A stretch of DNA of 32,000 bases from the NCBI RefSeq assembly GCF_000020025.1, contig NC_010628.1, positions 4,740,001-4,772,000 on the forward strand, read 5' to 3'. The notes under the pieces are model-generated. The model was not told the origin of the DNA. It saw nothing but the letters and a program-made list of their open reading frames with translations, and did not search any database. Positions 16,327 through 26,100 of this stretch are shown one piece after another. Origin of the DNA: Nostoc punctiforme PCC 73102 (GTDB lineage Bacteria; Cyanobacteriota; Cyanobacteriia; Cyanobacteriales; Nostocaceae). Both the position numbers and the translations under genes were made by a program. Position 1 is the stretch's first letter; the number at the start of each line of letters is the position of its first letter.

Positions 16327-16977
16327 CTACAACCGCACAGTTGAGCGCAGCAGAATCACCTTACGACTATCTACTATGCTGGCGACAAAACCGCCATTGT
16401 TCAGCTTCTGCAATGTGTTGTATGCTTCACTTTGGTTGGTGGTATAAACTGCCAACAAATAAGGGCGTTGTCCATAAGAAACAAAACCTACATTACCTCC
16501 TACTGCTTGCTGTACACTATTTACTAGTTCAGGACGATTGTAATAATCTACTAACACTGCATAACCCTCTCCTAATGCTTGAGGATTATAGTTAACTGTT
16601 TGCTGAGGTGGTTGTTGCTGTAGTTGTGGCTGCACATCTGCCGTTGTTGGTCGAGTGGTGATGATAGCAGACAAGCCAACAATATTGCTTACATATCTTG
16701 CCCATCGATTGGCATCATCAATCTTTTTAAACCCCCCTATCCGCGTCACAGTTTCGTTGAGATATTTGCAGGTAATGGTTTTCAGTTCAGGCGGTAAGGC
16801 GCTACGCAACTGCTTTTGATTATCAGCTGTGGGACTGACTACCAATAAAAGATACTCACCCGAAGTCGGTGGTTGACAAAGAGGAATGGCTTGTTGGGCA
16901 AAAACAGAACTCATGCCACCAATCAACCCTGCAATCGCTAATCCTAAAACACTTGGTAAAGTCTGAAATCTATGCAC
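16327..16977 (-). CDS. Secreted hypothetical protein with two similar alpha/beta repeats joined by a Gln/Pro linker
   Basis: It has a signal peptide LGLAIAGLIGGMSSVFAQQ. The two segments (GEYLLLVV...GLSAIITTR and EGYAVLVD...GFVASIVDSR) share a pattern, and the linker is QPQLQQQPPQQ. Confidence 0.5.
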   Translation of the reverse strand: MHRFQTLPSVLGLAIAGLIGGMSSVFAQQAIPLCQPPTSGEYLLLVVSPTADNQKQLRSALPPELKTITCKYLNETVTRIGGFKKIDDANRWARYVSNIVGLSAIITTRPTTADVQPQLQQQPPQQTVNYNPQALGEGYAVLVDYYNRPELVNSVQQAVGGNVGFVSYGQRPYLLAVYTTNQSEAYNTLQKLNNGGFVASIVDSRKVILLRSTVRL

Positions 16978-17100
16978 AAAAGTTAGATTATGTAAATCAA
17001 GGTGTCTTAGAAGATTTTATAAGAAAAAAGCTGAAAACCTACTTACTTCAGTGTGGGAATGAAAGGAATGTTACAAAACAATTTTGTTATTACCAAATAA

Positions 17101-17262
17101 AATTGGGGACTGGGAACTGAGAACTGGAAAAGTTGGGGAAGAAGTAATAACCAATGCCCATTCCACATTCCCCATACTTCGACTCCTTTCGACTTCGCTA
17201 CCTCGGCTTCGCTCGGCACAAGTCAAGGCAAGTCGCTCAGTACAAGTTCCCCATTCCCCATT
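17101..17262. repeat. Composite dispersed-repeat block abutting the ycf54 stop codon
   Basis: It contains heptamers GGGACTG/GGAACTG/AGAACTG and GGGGAAGAAGTAATAACCAATGCCCATTCC (compare 18477-18525). The core is ACTTCGAC..CGCTACCTCGGCTTCGCTCGGCAC..GTCGCTCAGT, followed by CCCCATTCCCCA. Confidence 0.75.
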
Positions 17263-17263
17263 T

Positions 17264-17593
17264 CTAAGATACAGTAGCCAACGATGCCAAAGCATCTGGT
17301 ATTGTCTCAGAAGGAGCCTGGAATTCTCCAGTAATAACGTATTCTAAACGCAGTTTTAACCAAGTAATAAATTGGGGATTAGTTGAAATAATTGCTACTG
17401 ATGGTTGGGGACACTTTGCCTTGATTTGTGCAAATTGAGGTGCTTCCAAGAAAGCTGGTTGTTCAACCAACCAAAAATCTATTTGTTTTTCTTGTTCGTG
17501 GTAGTGACGAGTGCGTTCTTTGATAACTTCGTGTATCGGTTCTTCTTGGAGAAGAAAGCGTTGACTAGCCAAAACGTAATAGTATGTTTGCAT
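17264..17593 (-). CDS. ycf54: Ycf54 (DUF2488), Mg-protoporphyrin monomethylester cyclase-associated protein
   Basis: MQTYYYVLASQRFLLQEEP...IDFWLV...KLRLEYVITGEF closely follows my recollection of the Synechocystis Slr1780/Ycf54 sequence pattern. I place the start at ATG 17593. Confidence 0.8.
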   Translation of the reverse strand: MQTYYYVLASQRFLLQEEPIHEVIKERTRHYHEQEKQIDFWLVEQPAFLEAPQFAQIKAKCPQPSVAIISTNPQFITWLKLRLEYVITGEFQAPSETIPDALASLATVS

Positions 17594-17658
17594 TTTCATC
17601 CTTTGCTTGCTGTGTGAATCATGTAAGGGCACAGTACGACATTCTGTACCCTTATCAA

Positions 17659-18378
17659 CTAACTCTTACGGGATTTCTTGAACCAAGAACTGAACGGACA
17701 AGCACTTCCCGGCTTTTGGGCATTTGTTTGTTTGCCACCAAATGTTAGCTTTTCTAAGAACAGATTATTGTCGAAGTAGTGTTCTAAGGAAATAACCTTC
17801 AAGTCATCGGTAACTTTTGCAATGCTCATGCCGATAATTTCTATTGTCTCTCCAGTAGGTGCATGGCCTTTATATTCTCCGTTAAAATGTCCCCAATGCC
17901 GCCATTTGAATGTGACATTTGGTGGCCCTGAGAAAACTTCCAGCACTTCCCAAGGAAATCCTTGGGGAAATGTTGTGTGGAAGACTTTTGCGGATGATTC
18001 AAAGCTTTCTTCTGAAGCCTTGTAATGCTCTGAATCAGCCATAAATAGATTGTAAGTACCTTGGGCTGATAAATCTGCTGCGGTATACTCTACTCCGCCA
18101 TTGGTACTCACTCGAAACTGTTCATTGACAATAGATAACCATTGTTGCGGGTTAGCTTTGAAAGATACCTCCATCTCGAAGGTTCGCACTAAGTTTTGCA
18201 CGATCGCTTCCAGTGTACCTTCAAGGTGATTATGGATACTTTCTTTGGCAAGATTTTCTTTAGAACGAGAATAATCAGGCGGTGTCTGATAGCGCCACTC
18301 GACATCTGTGCTTTCTGCTATCACTTTATCTCTATCCTGTACCCAAAGTGGCAGGTTGTTAGACTGTGTTGCGCTCAT
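17659..18378 (-). CDS. Conserved hypothetical protein, plant 'pathogen-related protein'-like / NTF2 (SnoaL)-like fold
   Basis: DVEWRYQTPPDYS...FKWRHWGHFNGEYKGHAPTGETIEIIGMSIAKV resembles the family of that name. The assignment rests on recollection only. I place the start at ATG 18378. Confidence 0.55.
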   Translation of the reverse strand: MSATQSNNLPLWVQDRDKVIAESTDVEWRYQTPPDYSRSKENLAKESIHNHLEGTLEAIVQNLVRTFEMEVSFKANPQQWLSIVNEQFRVSTNGGVEYTAADLSAQGTYNLFMADSEHYKASEESFESSAKVFHTTFPQGFPWEVLEVFSGPPNVTFKWRHWGHFNGEYKGHAPTGETIEIIGMSIAKVTDDLKVISLEHYFDNNLFLEKLTFGGKQTNAQKPGSACPFSSWFKKSRKS

Positions 18379-18440
18379 AGAAGTTTTTGCTGAAGATTTG
18401 ATCCCAATTTCTAGATTTCGCAGTGACAACCCCTCTCTTT

Positions 18441-18525
18441 GGGAGTGCTGAGTACTGAGTGCTGAGTAGGAGCAGAGGAAGAAGAATTAGTAACCAATGC
18501 CCAATGCCCTATGCCCCATTCCCCC
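18441..18525. repeat. Heptamer array plus GAAGAA..TAACCAATGCCCAATGCCC module overlapping the pdxJ 3' end
   Basis: AGTGCTG/AGTACTG heptamers (the reverse complement of the CTCAGCA units at 12230-12243) are followed by GGAAGAAGAATTAGTAACCAATGCCCAATGCCCTATGCCCCATTCCCCC. Confidence 0.75.
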
Positions 18526-19234
18526 TTATAGCTTGCTTCATCTCGCGGACTGCCCTTTCTATACCTACTAATGCTGCCCGACTGATGATAGTATGACCAA
18601 TGTTCAGTTCTTCCATGCCTGGAAGTGCAGCCACCGGATAGACGTTCCAGTAGGTGAGTCCATGACCAGCGTTGACTCGCAATCCAGCTTGAATGGCTTG
18701 TTGACACCCTTTAGCTAATATGGCTAATTCTCGGTGGCGATTTGTTTCATCCTTAGCCTCAGCATATTGTCCGGTGTGCAATTCGATAAACTGCGCCTGT
18801 ACCTTGACAGATGCTTCGATTTGTGCGGGTTCGGCATCGATAAATAAACTAACTGGAATGCTAGCGCTTTGCAATTTATCGACTATCTCACCTATTCTAG
18901 CAATTTGACCAATAATATCTAGTCCGCCTTCTGTTGTGACTTCTTCGCGCTTTTCGGGGACTAAAGTCACGTAATCTGGTTTGATATCAAGTGCGATCGC
19001 TAGCATTTCTTCTGTTGCGGCCATTTCTAAATTAAGATGCGATCGCACTGTTTGCCGCAATATACGCACATCCCTGTCTTGGATATGTCGACGATCTTCG
19101 CGCAGATGCACCGTAATTCCATCAGCACCCGCTAATTCTGCCAGCACCGCAGCCGCCACCGGGTCTGGTTCTACCGTCCGCCGCGCTTGCCGGATGGTGG
19201 CAATGTGGTCAATGTTAACGCCAAGTGTAGGCAC
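18509..19234 (-). CDS. pdxJ: Pyridoxine 5'-phosphate synthase
   Basis: [40 protein letters not shown] and NAGHGL are all present. There is no ATG. The likely start is GTG at 19234, preceded by GGGAG; the tracked ORF starts at TTG 19258. Confidence 0.85.
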   Translation of the reverse strand: MPTLGVNIDHIATIRQARRTVEPDPVAAAVLAELAGADGITVHLREDRRHIQDRDVRILRQTVRSHLNLEMAATEEMLAIALDIKPDYVTLVPEKREEVTTEGGLDIIGQIARIGEIVDKLQSASIPVSLFIDAEPAQIEASVKVQAQFIELHTGQYAEAKDETNRHRELAILAKGCQQAIQAGLRVNAGHGLTYWNVYPVAALPGMEELNIGHTIISRAALVGIERAVREMKQAIRGNGA

Positions 19235-19341
19235 CCCAAATTTCTCCCAAATCCACAATCCTCAGAACTTGATTTTACCGGAAATAGTGGGAGTTTTGCT
19301 TAAGAAGCTCAAAACAAATTGAAGACGAGCTTCAATTATTT

Positions 19342-19683
19342 TCAACTGGTAGGGCGTACAATGCGAATCAAGTTACCTATCAATGATTCCTCTTGATTAA
19401 TTGCTTCATTAATTCGAGTTGCCATTCGAAACCTATCAGTATCATTTGTACAAACAATAATACCTAAATGTTTAGGTGAGCTTCTATGCAGTTTGATAAA
19501 ATCTTGACGATTTAGTGTTATTACAGTTCGATTATCGGCGATTGCAAAGGCTAACACTTCGTCATCTGGAATGCCTAAATTTGCGTTACCAGCTTCCTGT
19601 ACAGTTAAAACATCATGTCCCATTGTTCTTAACAGTTCACTAACTTTCTGTGGGAACATCTCATCAGCGTATAAACGCGCCAT
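19342..19683 (-). CDS. DUF5615-family PIN-like putative toxin
   Basis: The pattern is LYADEMFPQKVSELLRTMGHDV...DDEVLAFAIADNRTVITLNRQDF. It starts 3 nt after the stop of the DUF433 gene. Confidence 0.7.
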   Translation of the reverse strand: MARLYADEMFPQKVSELLRTMGHDVLTVQEAGNANLGIPDDEVLAFAIADNRTVITLNRQDFIKLHRSSPKHLGIIVCTNDTDRFRMATRINEAINQEESLIGNLIRIVRPTS

Positions 19684-19686
19684 GAT

Positions 19687-20013
19687 TTAAGCAAACTCAT
19701 TAGCACGAATCGCAGCTTCAATTTCTTCAGGATAAGCATCTGCATATATCCAAGCATTAACTAAATCAGCCGCGCCAATATGAGGATAATCTTGCAAAAG
19801 TTGGACTTCAGTAATTCCCAAGCGACGTGCTTCAACTAATAGCCAAATTGCAATACGAGTTCCAGCAATACAAGCTTCTCCACCACAAATACCGGGTGTT
19901 TTCGTGATCCCTTTTGCCCCGATGTTGATGGTTTGAGTTAGGCTTTGGATAATTGCTGCTTTTTCTGTTGGAAGTAGTGCCAGGATTTGATTTTCTAGTT
20001 CTTGAAGAGTCAT
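19687..20013 (-). CDS. DUF433-family putative antitoxin
   Basis: The DUF433 signature is present: ICGGEACIAGTRIAIWLLVEARRLGITEVQLLQDYPHIGAADLVNAWIYA. Confidence 0.75.
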   Translation of the reverse strand: MTLQELENQILALLPTEKAAIIQSLTQTINIGAKGITKTPGICGGEACIAGTRIAIWLLVEARRLGITEVQLLQDYPHIGAADLVNAWIYADAYPEEIEAAIRANEFA

Positions 20014-20159
20014 AACTTATCTTAGCTCAATTTTTATTGTACTTATTAACAAAGTTTAGGTGTTAAATCTCCGTTACAAAACGTAATTGCGTTAGCAAAA
20101 GCAGGTTTTTGGGCACAATACTTTAAATAAATAGCTAATTTATGAAGAGTTAATGAAGT

Positions 20160-23100
20160 ATGAATACAGCAGTTGAGCCGATTGACAAGCTTTTGAACTA
20201 TCAAATTAGCGAACAACTTTATACAGGCTCTAGAACCTTAGTTTACCGTGCAATTCGAGAAGCCGATCAACTACCGGTTGTAATCAAACTGCTCCAGCAG
20301 GAGTATCCCACCTTCAACGAACTGCTGCTGTTCCGAAACCAGTACACGATCGCTAAAAATATTGACCTACCCGGTATTGTTCGTCCCTATAGTCTAGAAC
20401 CTTATCGCAACAGCTATGTTTTGGTGATGGAGGATTTTGGCGGCATTTCCCTCAGAGATTGGCTCAATCAAAAAATGGCGAGCAACCAATATACTTTGAC
20501 AGAGTTCTTAGATATTGCGATCGCTCTGAGCAATATTCTTGACGGACTCTATCGCCATCGGGTTATCCACAAAGATATCAAGCCTGCCAACATCCTCATC
20601 AACCCGGAAAGTCAGCAAGTCAAGTTGATTGACTTTAGTATTGCCTCTCTTTTACCCAGAGAAACCCAAGAAGTTCACAGTCCTAATGTCTTAGAAGGTA
20701 CTCTCGCCTACCTTTCCCCGGAACAAACCGGACGGATGAATCGTGGAATTGATTATCGCAGTGATTACTATTCTCTCGGCGTTACCTTCTATGAATTACT
20801 GACTGGACACTTACCTTTTCAATCCAACGATCCGATGGAATTGGTTCACTGTCACATTGCCAAGCAACCAGAAGAATTAAAAGGCAGGGAGCAGGCTTGC
20901 CATGAGCTTGTCCTGAGCGTAGTCGTTGGCGCAGCCTCTCGTAGAGAAGGGCGTAGCCGAACGGGAGCAGGAGGTAGGAGGGAAGAAGAAATTCCTGAAG
21001 TTCTTTGTAACATTGTGATGAAATTGATGGCGAAAAATGCTGAAGATCGCTATCAGAGTGCATTAGGGTTGAAATTTGATTTAGAAAAATGTTTGTCTCA
21101 ATTGCAGGAAATAGGCTCGATTAAATCCTTTAAATTAGGTGAGCGGGATATTTGCGATCGCTTCATCATCCCAGAAAAACTTTATGGTCGCCAAGGCGAA
21201 GTTGAAAGTTTATTGGATGCCTTTGAGAGAGTCAGTCAGGGAAGCACTGAAATTATGTTGGTAGCAGGCTTCTGTGGTATTGGTAAAACTGCTGTGGTTA
21301 ACGAAGTCCACAAGCCAATTGTGCGACAACGAGGTTACTTCATTAAAGGTAAATTTGACCAATTCCAGCGCAACATTCCTTTCTCTGCCTTTGTGCAAGC
21401 CTTTCGAGACTTAATTAGGCAACTGCTGAATGAAACTGATGCCCAATTTGAGCAGTGGAAGTGCAAAATTCTCTCTGCTTTGGGTGAGAACGGACAAGTG
21501 ATGATTGAGGTGATTCCAGAACTGGAAAGTATGGTTGGTAAACAGCCTCCTGTACCAGAACTCTCTGGGAGTGCGGCACAAAATCGTTTCAAATCGCTGT
21601 TTTTGAAATTCACTCAAGTCTTCACTGCCGTAGAACATCCATTAGTAATCTTTATTGATGATTTGCAATGGGCAGATTCTGCTTCTTTAAAGTTAATGCA
21701 CTTATTAATGAGCGAAGTTGATATCGGCTATCTACTGTTAATTGGTGCTTATCGAGATAACGAAGTTAATCCAGTACATCCGCTAATGCTGACTTTAGAA
21801 GAGATTCAGAAGTTAGGTGCTACAGTTAATACAATTACCTTAGCTCTCCTCGAGCAAACACCCGTCAATCATTTAGTTGCAGATACATTAAGTTGCTCCC
21901 TAATGTTAGCCACACCGTTAACAGAGTTGATATTGAGCAAAACCAAAGGTAATCCTTTCTTCAGTACCCAGTTTCTCAAAGCGCTACACCAAGATCAAAT
22001 AATTACATTTAATTTTGACGGTGGTTATTGGGAATGTGATATTGCTCAAGTGCGATCGCTCGCCCTTACTGATGATGTAGTAGAGTTTATGGCAATTCAG
22101 CTTGAAAAATTGTCAATAGAAACTCAAGAAGTTTTGAAATTAGCGGCTTGTGTGGGAAACCAATTTGATTTAGCCACCTTAGCGATCGTCTATGAACAGT
22201 CTGAGGCAACAACGCCAGATGAGTTATGGAAAGCACTTCAAGAAGGATTTATTATTCCTAGCAGTGATATTTACAAATTCTATCAACAGCAAGCATTGGT
22301 AAATAGCCACAATGACTATGGACAAATAACCAGCAGCTACAAATTTCTTCACGATCGCATTCAGCAAGCTGCCTATTCACTAATTCCTGACAATCAAAAG
22401 CAAGTTACTCACCTGCACATTGGGCGTTTGCTGCAACAAGCGACGACTGTAAATGAACGAGATGAGAAAATTTTTGCGATCGTCAACCACCTTAATCAAG
22501 GGGTCACTTTGATTAGCGATCGGCAGGAGCAACAGGAACTCGCGCATTTAAACTTGGCGGCTGGGCATAAAGCCAAGGGTGCAACAGCTTATGCAGCAGC
22601 TTTAGACTATTTCAACACAGGTATTGCCATACTAACGAGTAATTGCTGGCACAGCCAATACAATCTCGCCCTCATCTTGTATGAAGGAGCAACAGAATCA
22701 GCTTACCTCTGCACCGATTTTGAACAGATGGAACAGTTAGCTGAGATAGTACTGAATCATGCCAAATCCTGGCTGGATCGAGTAAATATCTACAGTATTA
22801 AAATCCAGGCTTGCATGGCACAACATCAGCAGCTAGAAGCCTTGCAATTAGCACGAGAAATCCTAAAGCATCTGGGAGTGCATTTGCCGGAACAACCCAC
22901 CCCAGCAGACATCGAACAGGCACTGAGGCACACCCAAACCTTGCTCAATGGCAGTTCAATCGAATCTTTGTTGGAATTACCGCAAATAGCCGCACCGGAG
23001 AAAAAAGCGGCAATGGTGATGTTATCCAGCATTATTTCTGCGGCTTATCAAGCTGCTCCTGACCTTTTGCCCCTGGTGATCTTTGCCGAATTCCATTTAT

Positions 23101-26100
23101 CAGTAGAATACGGCAATGCTCCAGAATCGACTCATGGCTATGTAATGTATGGGTTGACCTTGGTTGCCACATTGGGAGATATTGACGCAGGCTATCGGTT
23201 TGGGCAACTGGGGATGAATCTTATGCAACGCATTCATGCCCCTAAACTAACTGCTAAAACCATTTTTGCCTTTAACTGCTTCCTTAGACATTGGCAAGAA
23301 CCTGCAAAATCTACCTTGGAAGGATATTTACAAGCTTATGCCAGTGGGCTAGAAAGCGGTGATATCGAGTATGTCGCTCTCAGCCTGATGTGTTATTGCT
23401 ACACAGCTTACTGGGGTGGTCAGGAGCTATCTGCCTTAAGACAAACAATAGAAGTGCATTGCAAGGTCATTCAGCAATTGCGCCAGGATACCTGTTTGCA
23501 CACACAAAGTATTTATCATCAGGCTGTAGTCAATTTGTTGGAGGTTGTGCTGGAACCTGAGCGGTTACTTGGCGAATACTGCCATGAGGATGAAATAATT
23601 CAGCTTTACGTCAAAACGAATCAGGAAGCAGGACTATATCAGGTTTATTTCAATAAACTTTTCCTTTCCTACCTTTTCCAAGACTATGAACAAGCGTTAG
23701 AAAACGCCAAACTTGCAGAACCGTATTTGGGTGCAATCACAGGACTAGTGATGCTTCCTCTGTTTTACTTCTACGATGCACTAGTTCGATTAGCGGTTTA
23801 CCCAACTGCCAGTAAGACAGACCAAATCAGAATTATAGAACGGGTGAGGGGCCATCAAGAAAAACTCAGCACTTGGGCGGCTCATGCACCAAGTAATCAG
23901 GCTCACCGCCATGCTTTAGTAATCGCAGAAAAATGTCGAGTCTTGGGGACCAAAGCTGAGGCAATTGAGTATTACGATCGCGCCATTGCTAAAGCCAAAG
24001 AAAACGAATACCTCAATGAGGAGGCTCTTGCTAATGAACTCACAGCTAAATTTTATTTAGAATGGGGCAAAGAACGCATTGCTCAAGAATATTTGATTAA
24101 TTCTTACTATTGTTACACTCGCTGGGGTGCTAAAGCCAAAGTTGATAATTTAGAACAACGTTATCCACAATTGCTAGCTCCCATATTACAACAGAAGCGT
24201 TCACGAAGTGACTCTGAAAGAGTATCGCCACTCACCCACAATGATACGATCGCAAATATTGACAGCATTACTACCTTCCACTCAAGCATTCATAAATCAG
24301 CAACATCTAACAGCAATACGTCAGTAATGCTAGATTTGGCAGCGGTTCTCAAAGCCTCTCAGACTCTTTCCAGTGAAATTGAACTGGATAAATTACTTAC
24401 GAAGCTGCTACAAGTGGTAATTGAAAATGCTGGAGCCGATAAGTGTGCGTTACTACTGCTCAAAGAAGGTAGATTGCTAGTTGAGGCGACCACTGAAGTT
24501 GGACACCAATCAAGGTTGTTACAGTCCATTTTTGTAGAAGATAGCGCAGACATTCCCCATAGCCTAATTTATGCGGTTAAACGCAGCCTGCAACCTACCG
24601 TCATCCTTGATGCAACAGTGTATCCGATGTTAATGGTCGATCCCTACATCATGCGTCAGCAACCCAAAAGCTTGCTGTGTACACCGATTCTCTATCAAGG
24701 CAAATTGTTGGGGATTTTGTATTTAGAAAACAATCTTACTACTGGGGCATTTACCAGCGATCGCGTCGAAATTCTTAATCTATTATGTACTCAAGCTGCA
24801 ATCTCCCTAGAAAACGCCCGACTTTATCAGCAAGCACAAGATACTCTAGAAAACCTTGGACAGACTGAACAATTCTTACGGTTAATTATCGACAATATCC
24901 CTCAGTCTGTTTTCTGGAAAGACCGCAATTGTGTTTATTTAGGCTGTAACTATAACTTTGCTCAAACTTCAGGTGTAGAATTGCCAGAAAATGTTATTGG
25001 TAAAACAGACTACGATCTTTCTTGGACTCGTGAGGAATCAAATTGGTATGTAGAGTGCGATCGCCACATCATGGAGTCTGGACAAGCTGAACTCAATATT
25101 ATCGAAACATTGCAGCAAGCAGACGGAAAACAAATCTGGTCGAATACAAATAAAATTCCCCTACGCGATAGAGAAGGAAACGTTTTTGGCATCCTTGGCA
25201 CGTCTGAAGACATCACCGAATACCACCAAGCACAACAATTGTTGCAACAGCAAAAACAAAAATTAGAACAAGCATTGCAAGAACTAAAAACGATGCAATT
25301 GCAATTAGTACAAGGTGAAAAAATGTCTGCCCTTGGTAACTTGGTAGCAGGTGTTGCTCATGAAATCAATAATCCTGTCGGCTTCATTGCCGGTAACATT
25401 GAACCAGCTAAAGATTATATTAAAGACTTGTTTGCACTGATTAATCTTTATCAGCAAAAGTTTCCCAATCCCGGCTCAGATATTCAAGATGAAATTGATG
25501 CCATCGACCTGAATTATTTACGCGAAGATTTACCGAAATTACTGGAATCGATGAAATTGGGTGTTAACCGTATTCGTAGTATCAGTACCAGTTTGCGAAC
25601 CTTTTCCAGAGCAGATAAGGATTATAAAGTTCCCTTTGATATTCACGAAGGCATTGACAGCACTATTCTAATTCTGAGACATCGTTTAAAAGCTAACGAA
25701 AATCGTCCGGCAATTGAGGTGGTGAAGAATTATGGCAAACTCCCCCTAGTCGAATGCTTTGCTGGACAACTTAATCAAGTGTTTATGAACTTATTAGCAA
25801 ATGCCATTGATGCACTTGAGCAATACAATACAGAGCGGAGTTTGGAAGCAATTCTAGCTAACCCCAATTGCATCACCATTCAAACCCGTGTAGCAAACTC
25901 AGGGGAGCATGTTTTGATTAAGATTTCTGATAACGGGGTGGGGATGTCACCAGAGATCAAAGAACGAGTATTTGACCATCTATTCACCACCAAGCCTGTA
26001 GGCAAAGGCACTGGATTAGGATTAGCGATCGCTCGTCAAATTGTGGTAGAAAGACATGGCGGTTCACTCTCCTGCACTTCAGAACTTGGACAGGGCACAG

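Noticed and set aside
17071-17347. The ORFs 17071-17295 (minus strand) and 17084-17347 (plus strand)
   Set aside because: Both lie over the composite repeat block and the ycf54 3' end. Their sequences (SRGSEVERSRS, LRLLSTSLPRLRSAQ) are typical repeat translations.
18411-18707. The 98-aa ORF overlapping the pdxJ 3' end and the repeat
   Set aside because: It is out of frame with pdxJ and includes repeat translation ([13 protein letters not shown]). It has no independent support.
20880-20990. An odd segment in the giant kinase, considered as a frameshift or pseudogene lesion
   Set aside because: The reading frame is continuous, and conserved kinase motifs resume in the same frame after it. Its length is a multiple of three, so I interpret it as an in-frame repeat insertion.
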